Notes: generated from the letters alone by a model not told the origin. DNA of 64,000 nt from Diplonema japonicum (GCA_964019335.1 OZ025694.1:248001-312000); one strand, 5' to 3'. Positions 34,138-45,781 are shown, counted from the stretch's first letter. Program-made: numbers and translations.

Positions 34138-36219
34138 ATGGAAGAGAAAGAAAGACACGACGATGACGAAAGCATCGAAGACCCACAACAGGCCATCGCG
34201 AGGCTAAAAAAACAACTATCAACTCTGGAGGCAGGGCACGGCAAGAGCATGCAAATATGGGAGAATCTTCTGAAACGGAAAGGCGACCAGCTCGTCATGG
34301 TGATGAACCGCGAATCGGCAACCGTGGGGAAGCTCCGACAAAAACTGGCCCACTCTGAGATGGAAGTCACGTTCCTACTTACCGAACTGGGCAGGATGGA
34401 AGAAGGCGACACCCCTCTCCCACCGAACATCAGCAACAAACTGGCAGAGCAGTCCCACGAACGAGTCCTCGATATCCAAAAACGCCAGGAACGGCTCGCA
34501 AGGCTTCTAGAAAGAATGCACATTCTGAAAACCGGCGAAAAAAAAAACCCGAAGAAAAGCTGGTCCAACATAAAACAAAACCTCTTAGGAATTGACGAAG
34601 TCGACGAAGGCGACAATAATTGGGACGATTCTGAACCCACTCCCGAACAGAGTATCATTCGAGACCTTGCCGCCCTCGCCATAGAAGGTACAAAATCAGC
34701 TCGTGCTGCATGTGATTTCGCACGAGATCAAGTAACGAGTTTGCAAGGGTACGTAGATGAGGAGGTTGTAAAGGTGTTAACAGCTTTGAATGGAGGCAGG
34801 GCTCCTACCCCGCCGCCGCCCCCCGCCGTGGTTCATGCTGTTGAACACAGCACACCTATCATCCTTCGAAAATCAACGTGTCGAATTCCCGTGAAATCTT
34901 CACGCTCGGTATCGCTTCAAACCGAACAGCCACCGACTAGCATGCTGCCGGTACCCGAAAAGAGGCAACCTGCTCAATTGAACAGCTCCCTTACGGAAGG
35001 GATGAAACTGGCCGTAAAACCGAAAAAGCTCACCGTTTCGTCACATCGATCGTCTGCACGAAGTTCCTCGCGATCATCACTCACCACCACCACCGTCGAG
35101 CTGGCTTCATGGACAGCACAACCTGTTGTGGGAGAAGCAAATTTTTCATATTCATCGTTGGTAGCGTCGGGTGAACGAGACTCAAATGAGGAAGAAGAGG
35201 ACGACGAGGAAGAAGAAGAAGAAGAGGAAGAATCCGAAGAAGAGCATTGCAACGACAACCCCGCGCACAACGGGGCTAAGACCGCTATGAAGACAACTAC
35301 AACAAAAAAAAAGAAAACGAGAAAACTCGAGAAAACAACATCGTCATCGCGGAAAAAACCAAGGAGAACAAAGTTTCGAAAGCCCTCCCGGCATTTCACC
35401 GCACGAAAACGCAAAGTTCGAGAGAGACCCTCAACCTCAACCTCACCAAAGCCACGCTGTAGTGAGCCACACGTGAATGACGTCGCTGAGAAGCTTTTTA
35501 TCATGACAAAAGGCAATCTTAAAAACCACGAACGTTTCCAAACCAGCGACGCCACCGCCCGCCTAGTGGAACTACGCCGGCACCTCTCCTGGTTCATCGG
35601 AGATGACATGCAAACTACCGACACTCTCGCATCCCTCATTGCTTCTTCTTCTTCTTCAAAATTAAAATGTGAAACATCTACCATCGGCACCTGGACTGGT
35701 TACGCCTACGATCAAATGCTCCTTGAGAGCAAACCCGGCATTTCATACCCCGGCGCAAAATCAATCCCAGGCTCCGGGGGGTATGTTGATCAGATTCTAT
35801 TCCAATTCGAGAACCCTGTGTTAAACGAAGACATAATTCAAGATATTGGTGGTACAATAAGCAAGCAGCTTCCGCAAGGGGTTTTACCGCCTTTAAGTAG
35901 ACGGGAAAAGGAGGCTGCGGTTGTGGGGCAGGTTAAAGGGGGTTCGAATGAAGTGCGGGCGGCGTTGGGAGCGATATTCAAAAAGGTGCCGAAGAACTCA
36001 CAACCCCCCCCGACTTCGCAGGTGATCATCATGCCGTCGCATTCTGGGCCGAACGAGGTGACGAAAATACTCCGAGGGAGTGCAGGACCTGCACCGCCAC
36101 CCCACGCACCAGAGATGCCTCGTTCTCGAAAACCTTCGCTGAAAACTAAACGGTCTGCGTTCCTCCCTAACCTCGCCACTCCTACAGAGAGGGTGCAAAC
36201 GGCAGCGTTTACACGCTGA
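34138..36219 (+). CDS. Unknown protein with N-terminal coiled coil and disordered acidic/basic centre
   Basis: Long open frame; ATG follows an A-rich leader at 34138. Confidence 0.75.
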   Translation: MEEKERHDDDESIEDPQQAIARLKKQLSTLEAGHGKSMQIWENLLKRKGDQLVMVMNRESATVGKLRQKLAHSEMEVTFLLTELGRMEEGDTPLPPNISNKLAEQSHERVLDIQKRQERLARLLERMHILKTGEKKNPKKSWSNIKQNLLGIDEVDEGDNNWDDSEPTPEQSIIRDLAALAIEGTKSARAACDFARDQVTSLQGYVDEEVVKVLTALNGGRAPTPPPPPAVVHAVEHSTPIILRKSTCRIPVKSSRSVSLQTEQPPTSMLPVPEKRQPAQLNSSLTEGMKLAVKPKKLTVSSHRSSARSSSRSSLTTTTVELASWTAQPVVGEANFSYSSLVASGERDSNEEEEDDEEEEEEEEESEEEHCNDNPAHNGAKTAMKTTTTKKKKTRKLEKTTSSSRKKPRRTKFRKPSRHFTARKRKVRERPSTSTSPKPRCSEPHVNDVAEKLFIMTKGNLKNHERFQTSDATARLVELRRHLSWFIGDDMQTTDTLASLIASSSSSKLKCETSTIGTWTGYAYDQMLLESKPGISYPGAKSIPGSGGYVDQILFQFENPVLNEDIIQDIGGTISKQLPQGVLPPLSRREKEAAVVGQVKGGSNEVRAALGAIFKKVPKNSQPPPTSQVIIMPSHSGPNEVTKILRGSAGPAPPPHAPEMPRSRKPSLKTKRSAFLPNLATPTERVQTAAFTR

Positions 36220-36340
36220 GAACAAGAGAGGGATTGGTCATGCGCGCGCATGATTCTTTTTTCTTCTTTTTTTCTTTTTTCTTTTTGTTTTAACAATATT
36301 ATTGTCTAATAAAAAAAAGGGGGGATAACAATAAGAAAAA

Positions 36341-37079
36341 ATGCCGCGTACAGCGTCGAGGCAACGGGTACGTGACGAGGCACGCGCCCTTTACGAGAAG
36401 TCTCTTGAAAGCAGAATCGCACGAGACCCTTCTTCACGGGCCCTGCGGCACAACCAATCACACCAGATTTTTGAGTATGCATAGAAAAAAAGGGGAGAGG
36501 GAAAAAAAAAGAAAAAAATCTCCCAGCGGGTCGCGAACACTAATGGAGCAGTTGATGCACGGGTGCTACACAAAGAAAGACCCAAAACAGGCATGGGGGA
36601 CGAATATTGAGAACGGAGAGAAGATGCCTCAGAAGGAACAACCCACAGCGAGAAGAAGCCAAAGCCAGCCGACACACATCAGGCCACCATCACAAGTGCA
36701 AAGCACTACACATAGTACCCAAACAGAAGGTGACAGCACTGTCAAGCCGGAGCAGGAGTTTGTACAGCCTCAACCAAACAGGTTACTGCGCAATGCGATG
36801 ATGAGGAGCTCTTCTTACGTCACACCAAAACCTAGCTCTACCTTTGTACCGCGAAGGGGGGGGCTGGCGCACAACCCGCTCTCAGGGTGCAGGCCGTCTT
36901 CGGCTAATACAGAGCCTGCAGCGCAACGTACTACTAGTATCTTTACCAAAGCTGAGTACGACGAGATCAAGAGGCTTGCCTCGGTGCACCCCGCCCCCAA
37001 GATCGTGCAGCCTGCCAGTACAGGGTCACGGAACAAGAGGTACCAGTCGCGGCCTGCCGACCACGTCTTCCTGTTTTAG
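36341..37079 (+). CDS. Unknown two-exon protein (exons 36341-36474 and 36527-37079)
   Basis: ATG after an A-rich leader; removing GTATGC..CCCAG (52 nt) joins the two frames (IFD-GSRTLME). Confidence 0.7.
36475..36526 (+). other. 52-nt A-rich GT-AG intron
   Basis: gtatgcatag, then A/G tracts, then tctcccag; splicing restores the frame. Confidence 0.75.
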
Positions 37080-37156
37080 TTGAAATACTTAAAGGAATAT
37101 AAGGGAAAAGAGAAAAGAAGTTGTAGGTGTATATCTGCGCCCTTTCTTTTTTTTTG

Positions 37157-38188
37157 AGAAGAAGACGAGGATGAAGACGAGGCTGAAGATGAACAAGAAG
37201 AAGAAGAAGAGGAAGGACAGGACACCGAAAAGTGGCTGATTGCGGAGGCGAGGAAGCAAGAAGCTAAGCAGGCCGAACCCACGACGGCACACTGCGACAT
37301 CTGCGGTCAGGAGCAACAGCTGCCCAACATGCTGGAGCACGCACTGTGGGAGTGCGAAAAGGCCAAGGAAGTGCAACAGCGGGAAGAACACGAAGGCATG
37401 ACGCGCAGGGGGCTGGAACCGTGTACGAAGCTGCATGGCATCCTGCCAAGGGGAGCAGGGAAGGATGTCAGGGAAAGGCTCGAAGGAACGCAGAGGTACC
37501 TGCTGGCGGTGGTGGGGGAGCGGGACGCAGCCCTGCAAGCGAAGAGGCAGGAGGTGTACCACACACACCAGTGGCTGGAGATCACACAAGGTCAAGAACA
37601 CCCAGTACCGTCGGACAAGGACTTCGGCAAGCTACCGGCAGGGGATGTCCTACGGGAGTACACGAAGGAGGTGCTGAGGTGGATGCGGCAACTGCGCTGG
37701 TATGCAGGCAGCAGAAACACGTCAGTGTCGACGGTGGAGCTGGCACTGGATTTCGAGAACGTGACCGGGAAGACCCTTGGAGGGAAGCTGGGGGATCTCG
37801 CAGAAGTACAGCAGAAAGCGAGGAGATTGCATGGACTGATGAAGAAGATCTGGCACACATGGGAGCTAGGGAGGGTACTGAAGAAGGTGAAAGGAAGGAG
37901 GGCCTTCCCAGCTGAGCCGAGCACAAGGGTGCACACACTACGATCCATCGGGAGGACAAAGGCGGTGATCGGATGGAACAGGAGGGCGATATTTGCATCA
38001 CCGAAGACCAAGCATGACCTAGAGGCATTGAAAGGACAATGGGCGAGAGAACGAAGAGAAAGAGCGGCCAGGCTGGGGAGAAGGCCGGCAAGACCACCAA
38101 AGGAGGAGAACCCGCTGCTGAAAGGGGATAGGTGCAGGTAGAAGATGAGAACAAGGGGGCGTCTCACAAAGACTTCCTTTAACTCATA
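37157..38188 (+). mobile_element. 3' fragment of a second non-LTR retrotransposon family
   Basis: CDIC..HALWEC knuckle; LRWMRQLRW..VSTVELALDFE..HTLRSIG..GWNRRAIFASPK is homologous to 5210-6478; tail ends cctttaactcata followed by poly(T). Confidence 0.85.
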
Positions 38189-38548
38189 TATTTTTTTTTT
38201 TTTTTTTTTTTAATTCCCTTCTCTTAGAATTTTGGCTTTTTTTTTTAGATAGAATTATTCGACTTTTTTTTTTCTTTGCCCCTCCCCCTTCCTGCCTTTG
38301 ATAGACATTTTTTTTTTTTTTTTTACTTAATTTTGTAAAGTTACATGAGGAAATTTCTAAAGAGCCATAAAAATCAGAAATCACTTTACCGTTCACGTGT
38401 AAAAATATAGTGGACCATAAGTAATAGGCCGAATTTGGCTTAAAAAAGTGCCATAAATGTAAAGTAAAATCTGATTTTTACGCTGAGCAATTTTCGGACT
38501 TTTTCGGCATTCGTCTTCATTTTTTTGCATCTGGTGGCCGCTAACACC

Positions 38549-38617
38549 GCCGTAGGTCAGTGGTCAGGACCCTCGGCCAGGGTTTTAGGGGTTCAAGTCC
38601 CGAGGGACCGTTTTTTT
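38549..38617 (+). ncRNA. tRNA-derived Pol III-like unit (not a functional tRNA)
   Basis: A-box-like TAGGTCAGTGG, B-box GGTTCAAGTCC and a T7 run; no closed cloverleaf. Confidence 0.5.
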
Positions 38618-38633
38618 GACCCCGATTTTATCG

Positions 38634-38720
38634 AAAAAAGTTCGGGGTCCGGGATTTGATCTGGCGTCTCCAGGAGACGAGTGCGACGACATGACCACTG
38701 AGCTACCACTGAGCTACGGC
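38634..38720 (-). ncRNA. tRNA-derived Pol III-like unit, convergent with 38549
   Basis: Minus strand reads gccgTAGCTCAGTGG (duplicated), then a degenerate B-box AGATCAAATCC and a T6 run. Confidence 0.45.
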
Positions 38721-39445
38721 ATGTTGCGCTTTTACAAACGTCACTCGACATATAAATTAACTGGTTCGCAAAATATGAGACGTAACCCAACCTGCCCAAA
38801 ACACAGCCAGGTATCCGAGGCAAAACACAGTCAGCATCCGAGGCAAAAGAGGCACAAACACACTTTACCAGGTTTCCGAGCCACCAAGCATCACACCTGA
38901 GGCCGGCAAATGCCGAAAATTACACTGGCCATGCATACAGGCGTTCTTTTACACGATACCTTGTTGATGAAGGAACCTGCTATTTTGGCTGGAAGTCAGA
39001 CCTGATCAAGCCCCTGCACAAAACCAGTAGTTTCTGAAGTGCGATGATCAAGTGCCGACACAAATTACACAAAACCTACAGAATTCTGTCAATTTGACAT
39101 CGTCTTCTCAGGCAATCAGGCTTAGTTTTGACATCAGTGTGAACATTTCGTAGAAGTGAACATAAAGGGTTCACAGTGTCCGAAATTTCCTCATTTAACT
39201 TTACAGAAATTAAGTAAAATATCATACTAAATAAAAATCAGCCAGATTTTTTACTCGGAACTTTTTTTTTTTCACTCGTTTTTTTTGAATTTCACTCGCT
39301 TCGCTCGTGAAATTCAACTACTCGTGAAAAAAGAAATTCTTCGTAAAAATCAGGTAATCTGATTTTTATTTAGTAAATAGTTATTTTTACGATGGGTCGT
39401 TTTTTTTTTTTTTTTTTTTTTTTTTTTGCCCAATTTATCCAAGGG

Positions 39446-39476
<31 letters not shown>

Positions 39477-39477
<1 letters not shown>

Positions 39478-40202
39478 TGAGATCTACAGTGGTGTTATCA
39501 GTGTTCGCATTGGCATGCGGGGCGCAGGAGGCCGTCCCGGTGCTGGAGGTCCCGAGGTGCGACAAGGGGAAGGCGGAGATCAAGCAGTACTATGTGTCGA
39601 CGGCACTAGGCATGGTGGTACCGAAACAGCAGACGAGATCCCTACTGTGCTGGGACGCTGAAGGGTGGCTTGTGGAGGAACACGCTGAGGACAAGCACGT
39701 CTTCAGCCCTTACAAGGAGTGCAACAGCAACGTGTGGGAATCATCAGATGTCATGGAGGCATTCTTCAGCCCTGTGTTACACGAGACGGATAACCCTGAG
39801 TACTACTATGAGATGGATGCCACCCCAACAGGTGCCTTCTTTGTAGCTGTCATCAACAATACCAAAGGAAACGCTTCTTACTGCCCGCTTGAGACGTGTT
39901 CTGCAGGGCCTCTGCCTTGCTCTGGTAGGGCTACCTTCCCTTCCGGCCAAAGTGCCAATGCCACATCGACTGGTACTTCGTGGACCGTCACGCTTCGTGT
40001 GCCTTGGACTGTTTTTCTTCCCAAGTACCAGCCGGCGTCTTCTGTGCCGTGGCCTACATGGAGGGCTAACCTGTACCGTTATGACTATCCTGAAGGGCCT
40101 AACTCGAATTACACAAATTTCGAGCTTTCAGCGTGGAGCCCTACACACGACCCTTCGTTTCATGTTCCTGCAAGGTTCGGGGTTTTGAAGCCTATTATGT
40201 GA
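39477..40202 (+). CDS. Secreted CBM9-like (DOMON-type) sugar-binding protein
   Basis: Signal peptide MRSTVVLSVFALACGA; VWESSDVMEAF, YYEMD..P.G and WRANLYRYD..WSPT..FHVP..FG motifs. Confidence 0.7.
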
Positions 40203-40672
40203 GTAGGAAGGGGATTTTAAGGATAGCACTGTGAAGAAAAAGAAAAACTTTTTTTCCCTCCCCCCCTCCCCCCCCCCCCCCGCCGTTCTTCGTCAGAGGG
40301 CTAACAGCTACCCTGAGAAAGAGAAAAAAAAATAAAAAAAAAAAAAAAATAAAAAAAGGAAAGAAATCTTGGGGGATGATTATTTTGACCTTTTTTCCCC
40401 CCCCGTCACCCCCCGCCCACCGATAACCGCGTGTACAGGGGGAGGGTTGCATCAGCAGCTCCCCCCTTTTCCTTTTTTTTTTCCCCTCCTTCTTTTTTTT
40501 TTTTTTTTTACCTCTAAGAAAAAAAGAGTAGTAAAGCAACTAACTTTGTTGGTTACAAAAACTACTTTTCTTTTTTTTTTGTATCACCCCCCCCCCCCCC
40601 CCCCCCCAACAACAAGAAAAAATAAAATCATGCAGGATCTTCTAAAAAAAAAAAAAAAAAAAAAAAAAGAAA

Positions 40673-41533
40673 ATGTCGACCGGATCCACTTTTTACAGTT
40701 ACGACGAACCGTCAAAAGTGTACAGTAAAACACGAAAGGCCGTTGGAGGTGACTTGATGTTGGAGAAGCTGAAGTCAATGGAGACCGACGGGCTCACCGT
40801 GAAGGACATGACAGTCCTCGACGGCGGCGCGGGCACAGGTAACTACAGTACATGGCTTGCCCCGATGGTGAAGAAAGTCGTGGCCTTCGAATTCAACGGT
40901 GGGATGATCAACACCCTGAAGCAGAGAGCAGAGGAGTCCGGCGTGGCCGACAAGATTGAAGTTGTTCAGGGCTCGCTTTTCGACAAGCTTCCTTTTGAGG
41001 ACAACACCTTCGACATGGTGACCATGAATCAAGTTGTTCACCATCTGGATGCTCTGGAGGGCACTGCAAAGGAAGGATTCCCAAGAAACAAATTTGTTGC
41101 AGAGGAGTACTACCGTGTCTTGAAGCCGAACGGGCACATCTGCATAAACTTCACCACACCTGAGCAGAATGTGGAGGCTTGGTGGTGGTCCACTAGTATG
41201 TTGCGAAATGCTGCTTCGACCTTCGCGCTTAGAATGCCTTCTCTTGAGATCCTCCAGAAGCACTACTCAGGTGCAGGTTTTAAGGACCTTACACCTGTTC
41301 CTATTCTCGAACCGCTTCAGGGGGATGCGCACTATGAGGCCCAAGCCTTGCTTAACGAGACCATCCGTAATGGGGACTCGTTGTTCGGGACCGTGCCAGA
41401 GGCGGAGCTAAAGGCCGCCCTCTCGAAGGTCACGGAGCTCATCAAGGAAGGAAAGGATAAGGAGTTCGTCGAGACCCACAGCAAGTGGGGGAAGACCCAC
41501 GGTCAGAGCACTACGCTAGTTGGCAGAAAGTAG
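40673..41533 (+). CDS. Class I SAM-dependent methyltransferase (Methyltransf_11-like)
   Basis: VLDGGAGTG, LPFEDNTFD and YRVLKPNG motifs. Confidence 0.9.
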   Translation: MSTGSTFYSYDEPSKVYSKTRKAVGGDLMLEKLKSMETDGLTVKDMTVLDGGAGTGNYSTWLAPMVKKVVAFEFNGGMINTLKQRAEESGVADKIEVVQGSLFDKLPFEDNTFDMVTMNQVVHHLDALEGTAKEGFPRNKFVAEEYYRVLKPNGHICINFTTPEQNVEAWWWSTSMLRNAASTFALRMPSLEILQKHYSGAGFKDLTPVPILEPLQGDAHYEAQALLNETIRNGDSLFGTVPEAELKAALSKVTELIKEGKDKEFVETHSKWGKTHGQSTTLVGRK

Positions 41534-41773
41534 AAGTTGTCTTGGCCATGGCTTGCTCGATATTTTTTGATTTAACTAAAGGTCGAAGCACTAGAAAAAG
41601 CCAAGAAACTGCAATGCAATCAAAAAACTTTTTTTGGGGGGGGGGCTAAACCTCTCGTCTTTTGAAAACAACCGGTCCTGGAAAAAAAAAAAGAAAAAAA
41701 AAAAAAGAAAAGAAAAGGATGTTCGCTGCATTTCAATAAAATAAAAAAAATCTTTTTTTTTTAAAAAAAAAAA

Positions 41774-41856
41774 CAGGTGGTGGGGGATATTCCTCGTCGG
41801 TCATCACCGGTAAGCGCCCGAGTGGAAGAACGTAACACCGGCCTCCTTTAACTCTA
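41774..41856 (+). mobile_element. Internally deleted short retroposon keeping both ends
   Basis: caggtggtgggg 5' end, ctcgtcggtcatcaccgg block and aacaccggcctcctttaactc 3' end. Confidence 0.75.
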
Positions 41857-42140
41857 ATTTTTATTTTTATTTTTTTAAATCTCTCCCCTTCTCACAAATC
41901 GATTCTCACAGAGAATCTGTTTTTTTTTTTTTTTTTTTTTTTTTTCCCTGTTTTTTTTTACACAAATACTAGTGGGGAGGGAGGCGCCCCTTTGCTTCTG
42001 AACACTTTTTTTTTTTTTGAAAGAACGAGTCTTTGGCTTGTCTAGGCAGAAGAGGGGCGTTGCTGTTGGCAACATGTTTTCGACATGTACCAGCAACGGC
42101 CATTTCCTCTTTTTTTGATTTTTTTTTTCTTATGCGGACG

Positions 42141-42176
<36 letters not shown>

Positions 42177-42700
42177 AAAACGACAATTGAAACATATGAA
42201 AGTGAAAGGAGGGGAAACAATTTTTTTTTTTTCATTTCTAACCTTTCGTTGTAAAAAAAAAAAGAGAAAAAAAGGAAAGTAAGTATAAAGAGAAAAGGGG
42301 GAACTCACACCCCCCTTTTCTGTTTCTTCCACCTCCCATCTTCTCCTCTTTTTCTCTCTTTTCTTCTCTCCGTTTAAAAAAAGAAGAAAAAAAAAAGATA
42401 TCCTTCACTTTTTATTTTATTTTTTTGTTCTCCCCACCTTCCTCTCTTTTTTTTTTTTTTATTCCCCCTTTTGTTTTTCTTTCTTTTTTTTTTTATCACC
42501 AGGAGACAAAGAAAATGCTGTCAATATTGCTAGAATAGGGATACGAAAAAATGGTGAAAGCATCGAGCTTTTATTTTTTTTTTCTTTCTCCTCTTTATCC
42601 CCAATACAAGCTTGCCTTCGTTAGCATTTCAATTCGACTTGAGGCAAGGAGAATTAGGCAAAATTTCTTCCCCCCCCCCCCCCTCCTTTCTTCTTCCTCG

Positions 42701-42746
<46 letters not shown>

Positions 42747-42819
42747 AAAAAACAACAAAATACACTCTTATTTTTTTTTTCTTTTTTTTTTTATGGTAAT
42801 CTTTTTTTTTATTACATAT

Positions 42820-43846
42820 GAGCTCGTCCGGACGAAAATGTCAACTCTTTTTTGGGCACCTCCGAAAATTTCTTGTTTTGATTATTTGAGCAAAAAAAGG
42901 GCAGCATGCAACCATAGGAAGATGACATATATGGTGTACATGACGCCGTTCTTTCAATTGCGATGCTTGTTTTGCCATGAGGGTGGCAGGCTTTGCAACC
43001 GGCTGCCCCCGGGAAGCGAAAAATAGAGGTCAGAAAAACGGCGAAAAATGTTTAAAATACAATCTTATTGCTTAAAATGCAGCATCTAGGGTGCATAAAA
43101 TTGGTGATCAAGCGCACTTGTGACCCCTGGGTACAACCCAGGGTCGGGTTACTGTTAAAAGTACTTAGCGAAAAATATATGGCGCCGCATAGCCCCCGAA
43201 AATCCGGTTTTTTACACCCTATTTTTTGGCTTTTTCAAGGGGTTCCTAAGGGATTTTGGCCTTTTTCAGAAAGACCAATTCTTAACACTTGCCTGCTCAT
43301 GCAGAGCTTCGACATTGGTATCTTTGGGGTCAAACTTTCATTCTCAACCCATCTGCTGAGGTTTTTCTTTTCTTTTGCACTCATAATACTTTAAAAGTGA
43401 AAAATTTGCTTTTTTAAGGGGTTTTAAAGGGATTTTAGCCTTAAATAGGCCAAAATGGCACTGTAAGGATAAGTTCTCCCCACCCCATTTTAATAGTGAT
43501 TTAGAGTCCAGCCCACCCAAAATGACCCCAAAGGTTTCACAGATTTTCAGTCTGCGTCCATTCCTCCTGTCACTTTTCACGGAAAAACGAAAATAAAAAT
43601 GGAGTCTGGGTTATGGGTAACTTCCAAATTGAATCGTTTGCCAAAAACCATTCTAAAAAACATGTTTTTGCACGTGCGTTTTAAAAATAAAACAAACGGC
43701 GAGCATTTTGACCTATATGGTGATCAAGCTTAGACTGCATTTCTGCACACAAAGTGGTGTCGGACTACTTTTTTACTTAGAAGTTTAACGGGGGTTTTCC
43801 GCCGCATAGGAGGGTCATTTGTTGACATTTTTTTCCGGACGAGCTC
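42820..43846. mobile_element. Non-autonomous TIR element with GAG..CTC termini and ATAT flanks (Sola-like)
   Basis: ATAT|GAGCTCGTCCGGAcgAAAATGTCAAC ... GTTGACATTTTtttCCGGACGAGCTC|ATAT. The superfamily is inferred from the termini only. Confidence 0.75.
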
Positions 43847-44025
43847 ATATAATATAATAATATATAGATATATATATTTTTTTTTTTTTCCTTCTCCAAG
43901 TACAACAAACCCGCTCCATTTACTTTCCATCCCCCCTTTTCATTTAACAAAAGAAGAAAAGAAAAACACACACCTCCCCTTTCCCCCCCCTTTTTTTTTT
44001 AAAAAAACCTTTTTTTTTTCCTTAT

Positions 44026-45719
44026 CCCCTAAACGCCCGGAGCCTATCTACGGTACCCCCCCATTTTCGTTGTTGCTTTAAATACTCAAAAAAAGGGCAG
44101 CATGCAACCATAGGAAGGTGCAAGGAAAGGGTAAACGGTACTAAAATTTTCAATTCCAGGTGCCAGATTCAGATGAGAACACTTAACTATGTGTGTAAGA
44201 GGGGGATTGAAGGTGTACTTTTTATGTCCGATTTTGGGGGGTCTTGTCGTGGGGGGTCCGTGCTGTGGGATGAAAAAAGCAACTTGTGAGTTTTTTTCCA
44301 GCTGGGGTAGCATGCAAGGGTAAAAAACACGTTTTGCATAAGGGGGTTTTGCAACAGGGGCACCACGTTTGCACCTTCTTCCCGCACTCAGGAACAGCAC
44401 AGAGCACCCTCCTCACCTTCGTTCCGTTCATCATGGTCTCGGAGGTGTGATTTAGGGTCAAATCGAGACGTTTTGGATTTCTGAGTGAGGGAATCCTCAT
44501 TGCTAGTGATTTGCGCTTGGGGGTCGGTGACGGTGTTGTCGGGGGGTGTGTGCTATCGGTTTTTGGGGCATGGGTGAGAAGCTTGCCAACAAGTTCTTCT
44601 TCGAAGCTCGGGAAGCCATAATTTTTGCCACATTCCCTGCTCTTCTTCCAGATTATGGAGGAGTTGGCAACACTTTCGCTTTCCAGGACCCAATAAAAAA
44701 CGACTCCACTTCCGGGTTTTCATATGCCGAACTCCAGTCCCCTGGATCTGGTCTTGCCGGTCAGGGGTCGACAGCAAACCCTTAGGAGTCGACAGCACGC
44801 ATGACTAGGTCCTGTGTTGTGGACTTCTTGCTGAAAATGTTGATATTCGCCAGTTAACCGTTTTATGAGTCGCATGTAGCGATTACCTTGATGCCCACCG
44901 AGTTGCTTTTTCGTGGTGCCATGACTTTTATTGTTGTCGGGATAACACTGTCGTCAACAGACAACCACTTGCCAGGGGTCCGCACAGTCCTACACCGGTT
45001 GACAATGATGTCAAGAAACCTGCGCATGAGGTGCAGTTTCAGGCCTTCCAAATGTTTTCCAGGTTGTTAAAGGTGAGGTTGCGCTGTATGTCAACGAATC
45101 GGTTTGCTCATTTTCTCAAAAGCCTGGATGGTTAAATTAGAATTTGTTGTCCAGTAGCTCTTCATGTTCGGTGCCGAGTAAACCCATTAACAGGACCAAC
45201 CCAAGCCAAATTTTGTACTCTGGGATGGAAAGATTCAGATTCCGCTGTTTCTTTGAATCAAAACGACCGTTCGTGGAAGAAACTATGAGCTCAAGTACCG
45301 CGTGTGTAAAAAAAAAGATTAAAACACCCTCCTCATTGGCCGCTTCACCTAGAGGTGTCCTAAGCCCACCTTTTTACGGAAATGATATGTTTCGGGCCTT
45401 TGGGGGTATTTCTCCCACCCAAGCATCGTTTCCGGCCCCTCTTTGACCGCCTCATCGTCTTTTTCTTCTTTTTCTGACCAGTCGGGGGAGACTCACGTTT
45501 TCGCTGCTATTTTGACCATCTGATTTCATTTTAAGCCAACCCTGCCGGTTTCAATTAAAACAAAACTTTTAACGCAAAATGTAGTTCCAAGACAAAATAA
45601 ACCGCGCAACAATGCCATATTTTGAAAGTCCAGGGGCCGTGTTCAAAAAAAAAAGTACTTAGCGAAATAGCAAAATTTTGAAAATAAGGACAAAAACGTC
45701 CGCGCGGGCGTTTAGGGGG
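44026..45719 (-). mobile_element. Degenerate piggyBac transposon with TTAT target duplication
   Basis: TIR cccctaaacgccc; minus-strand remnants PGKWLSVDDSVIP..GIKVIATCDS and a Cys-rich tail CAVPEC..WCPCCKTPLCKTCF..H. Confidence 0.88.
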
Positions 45720-45781
45720 TTATATTGAAAAATTTCAAAAAAAAAAAGAAAAAAAAACAAAAAAAAAAAAAAAAAAGAAAA

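Larger units (their letters stand above)
38321..39388 (+). mobile_element. Hairpin-ended element family B
   Basis: IR at 38321-38357 pairs with 39182-39219; a ~165-bp hairpin follows, centred on cactcgcttcgctcgtg; terminus taaatagttattttt. Confidence 0.75.

Noticed and set aside
38549-38720. Functional tRNA genes
   Set aside because: Acceptor and anticodon arms do not close; kept only as tRNA-derived units.
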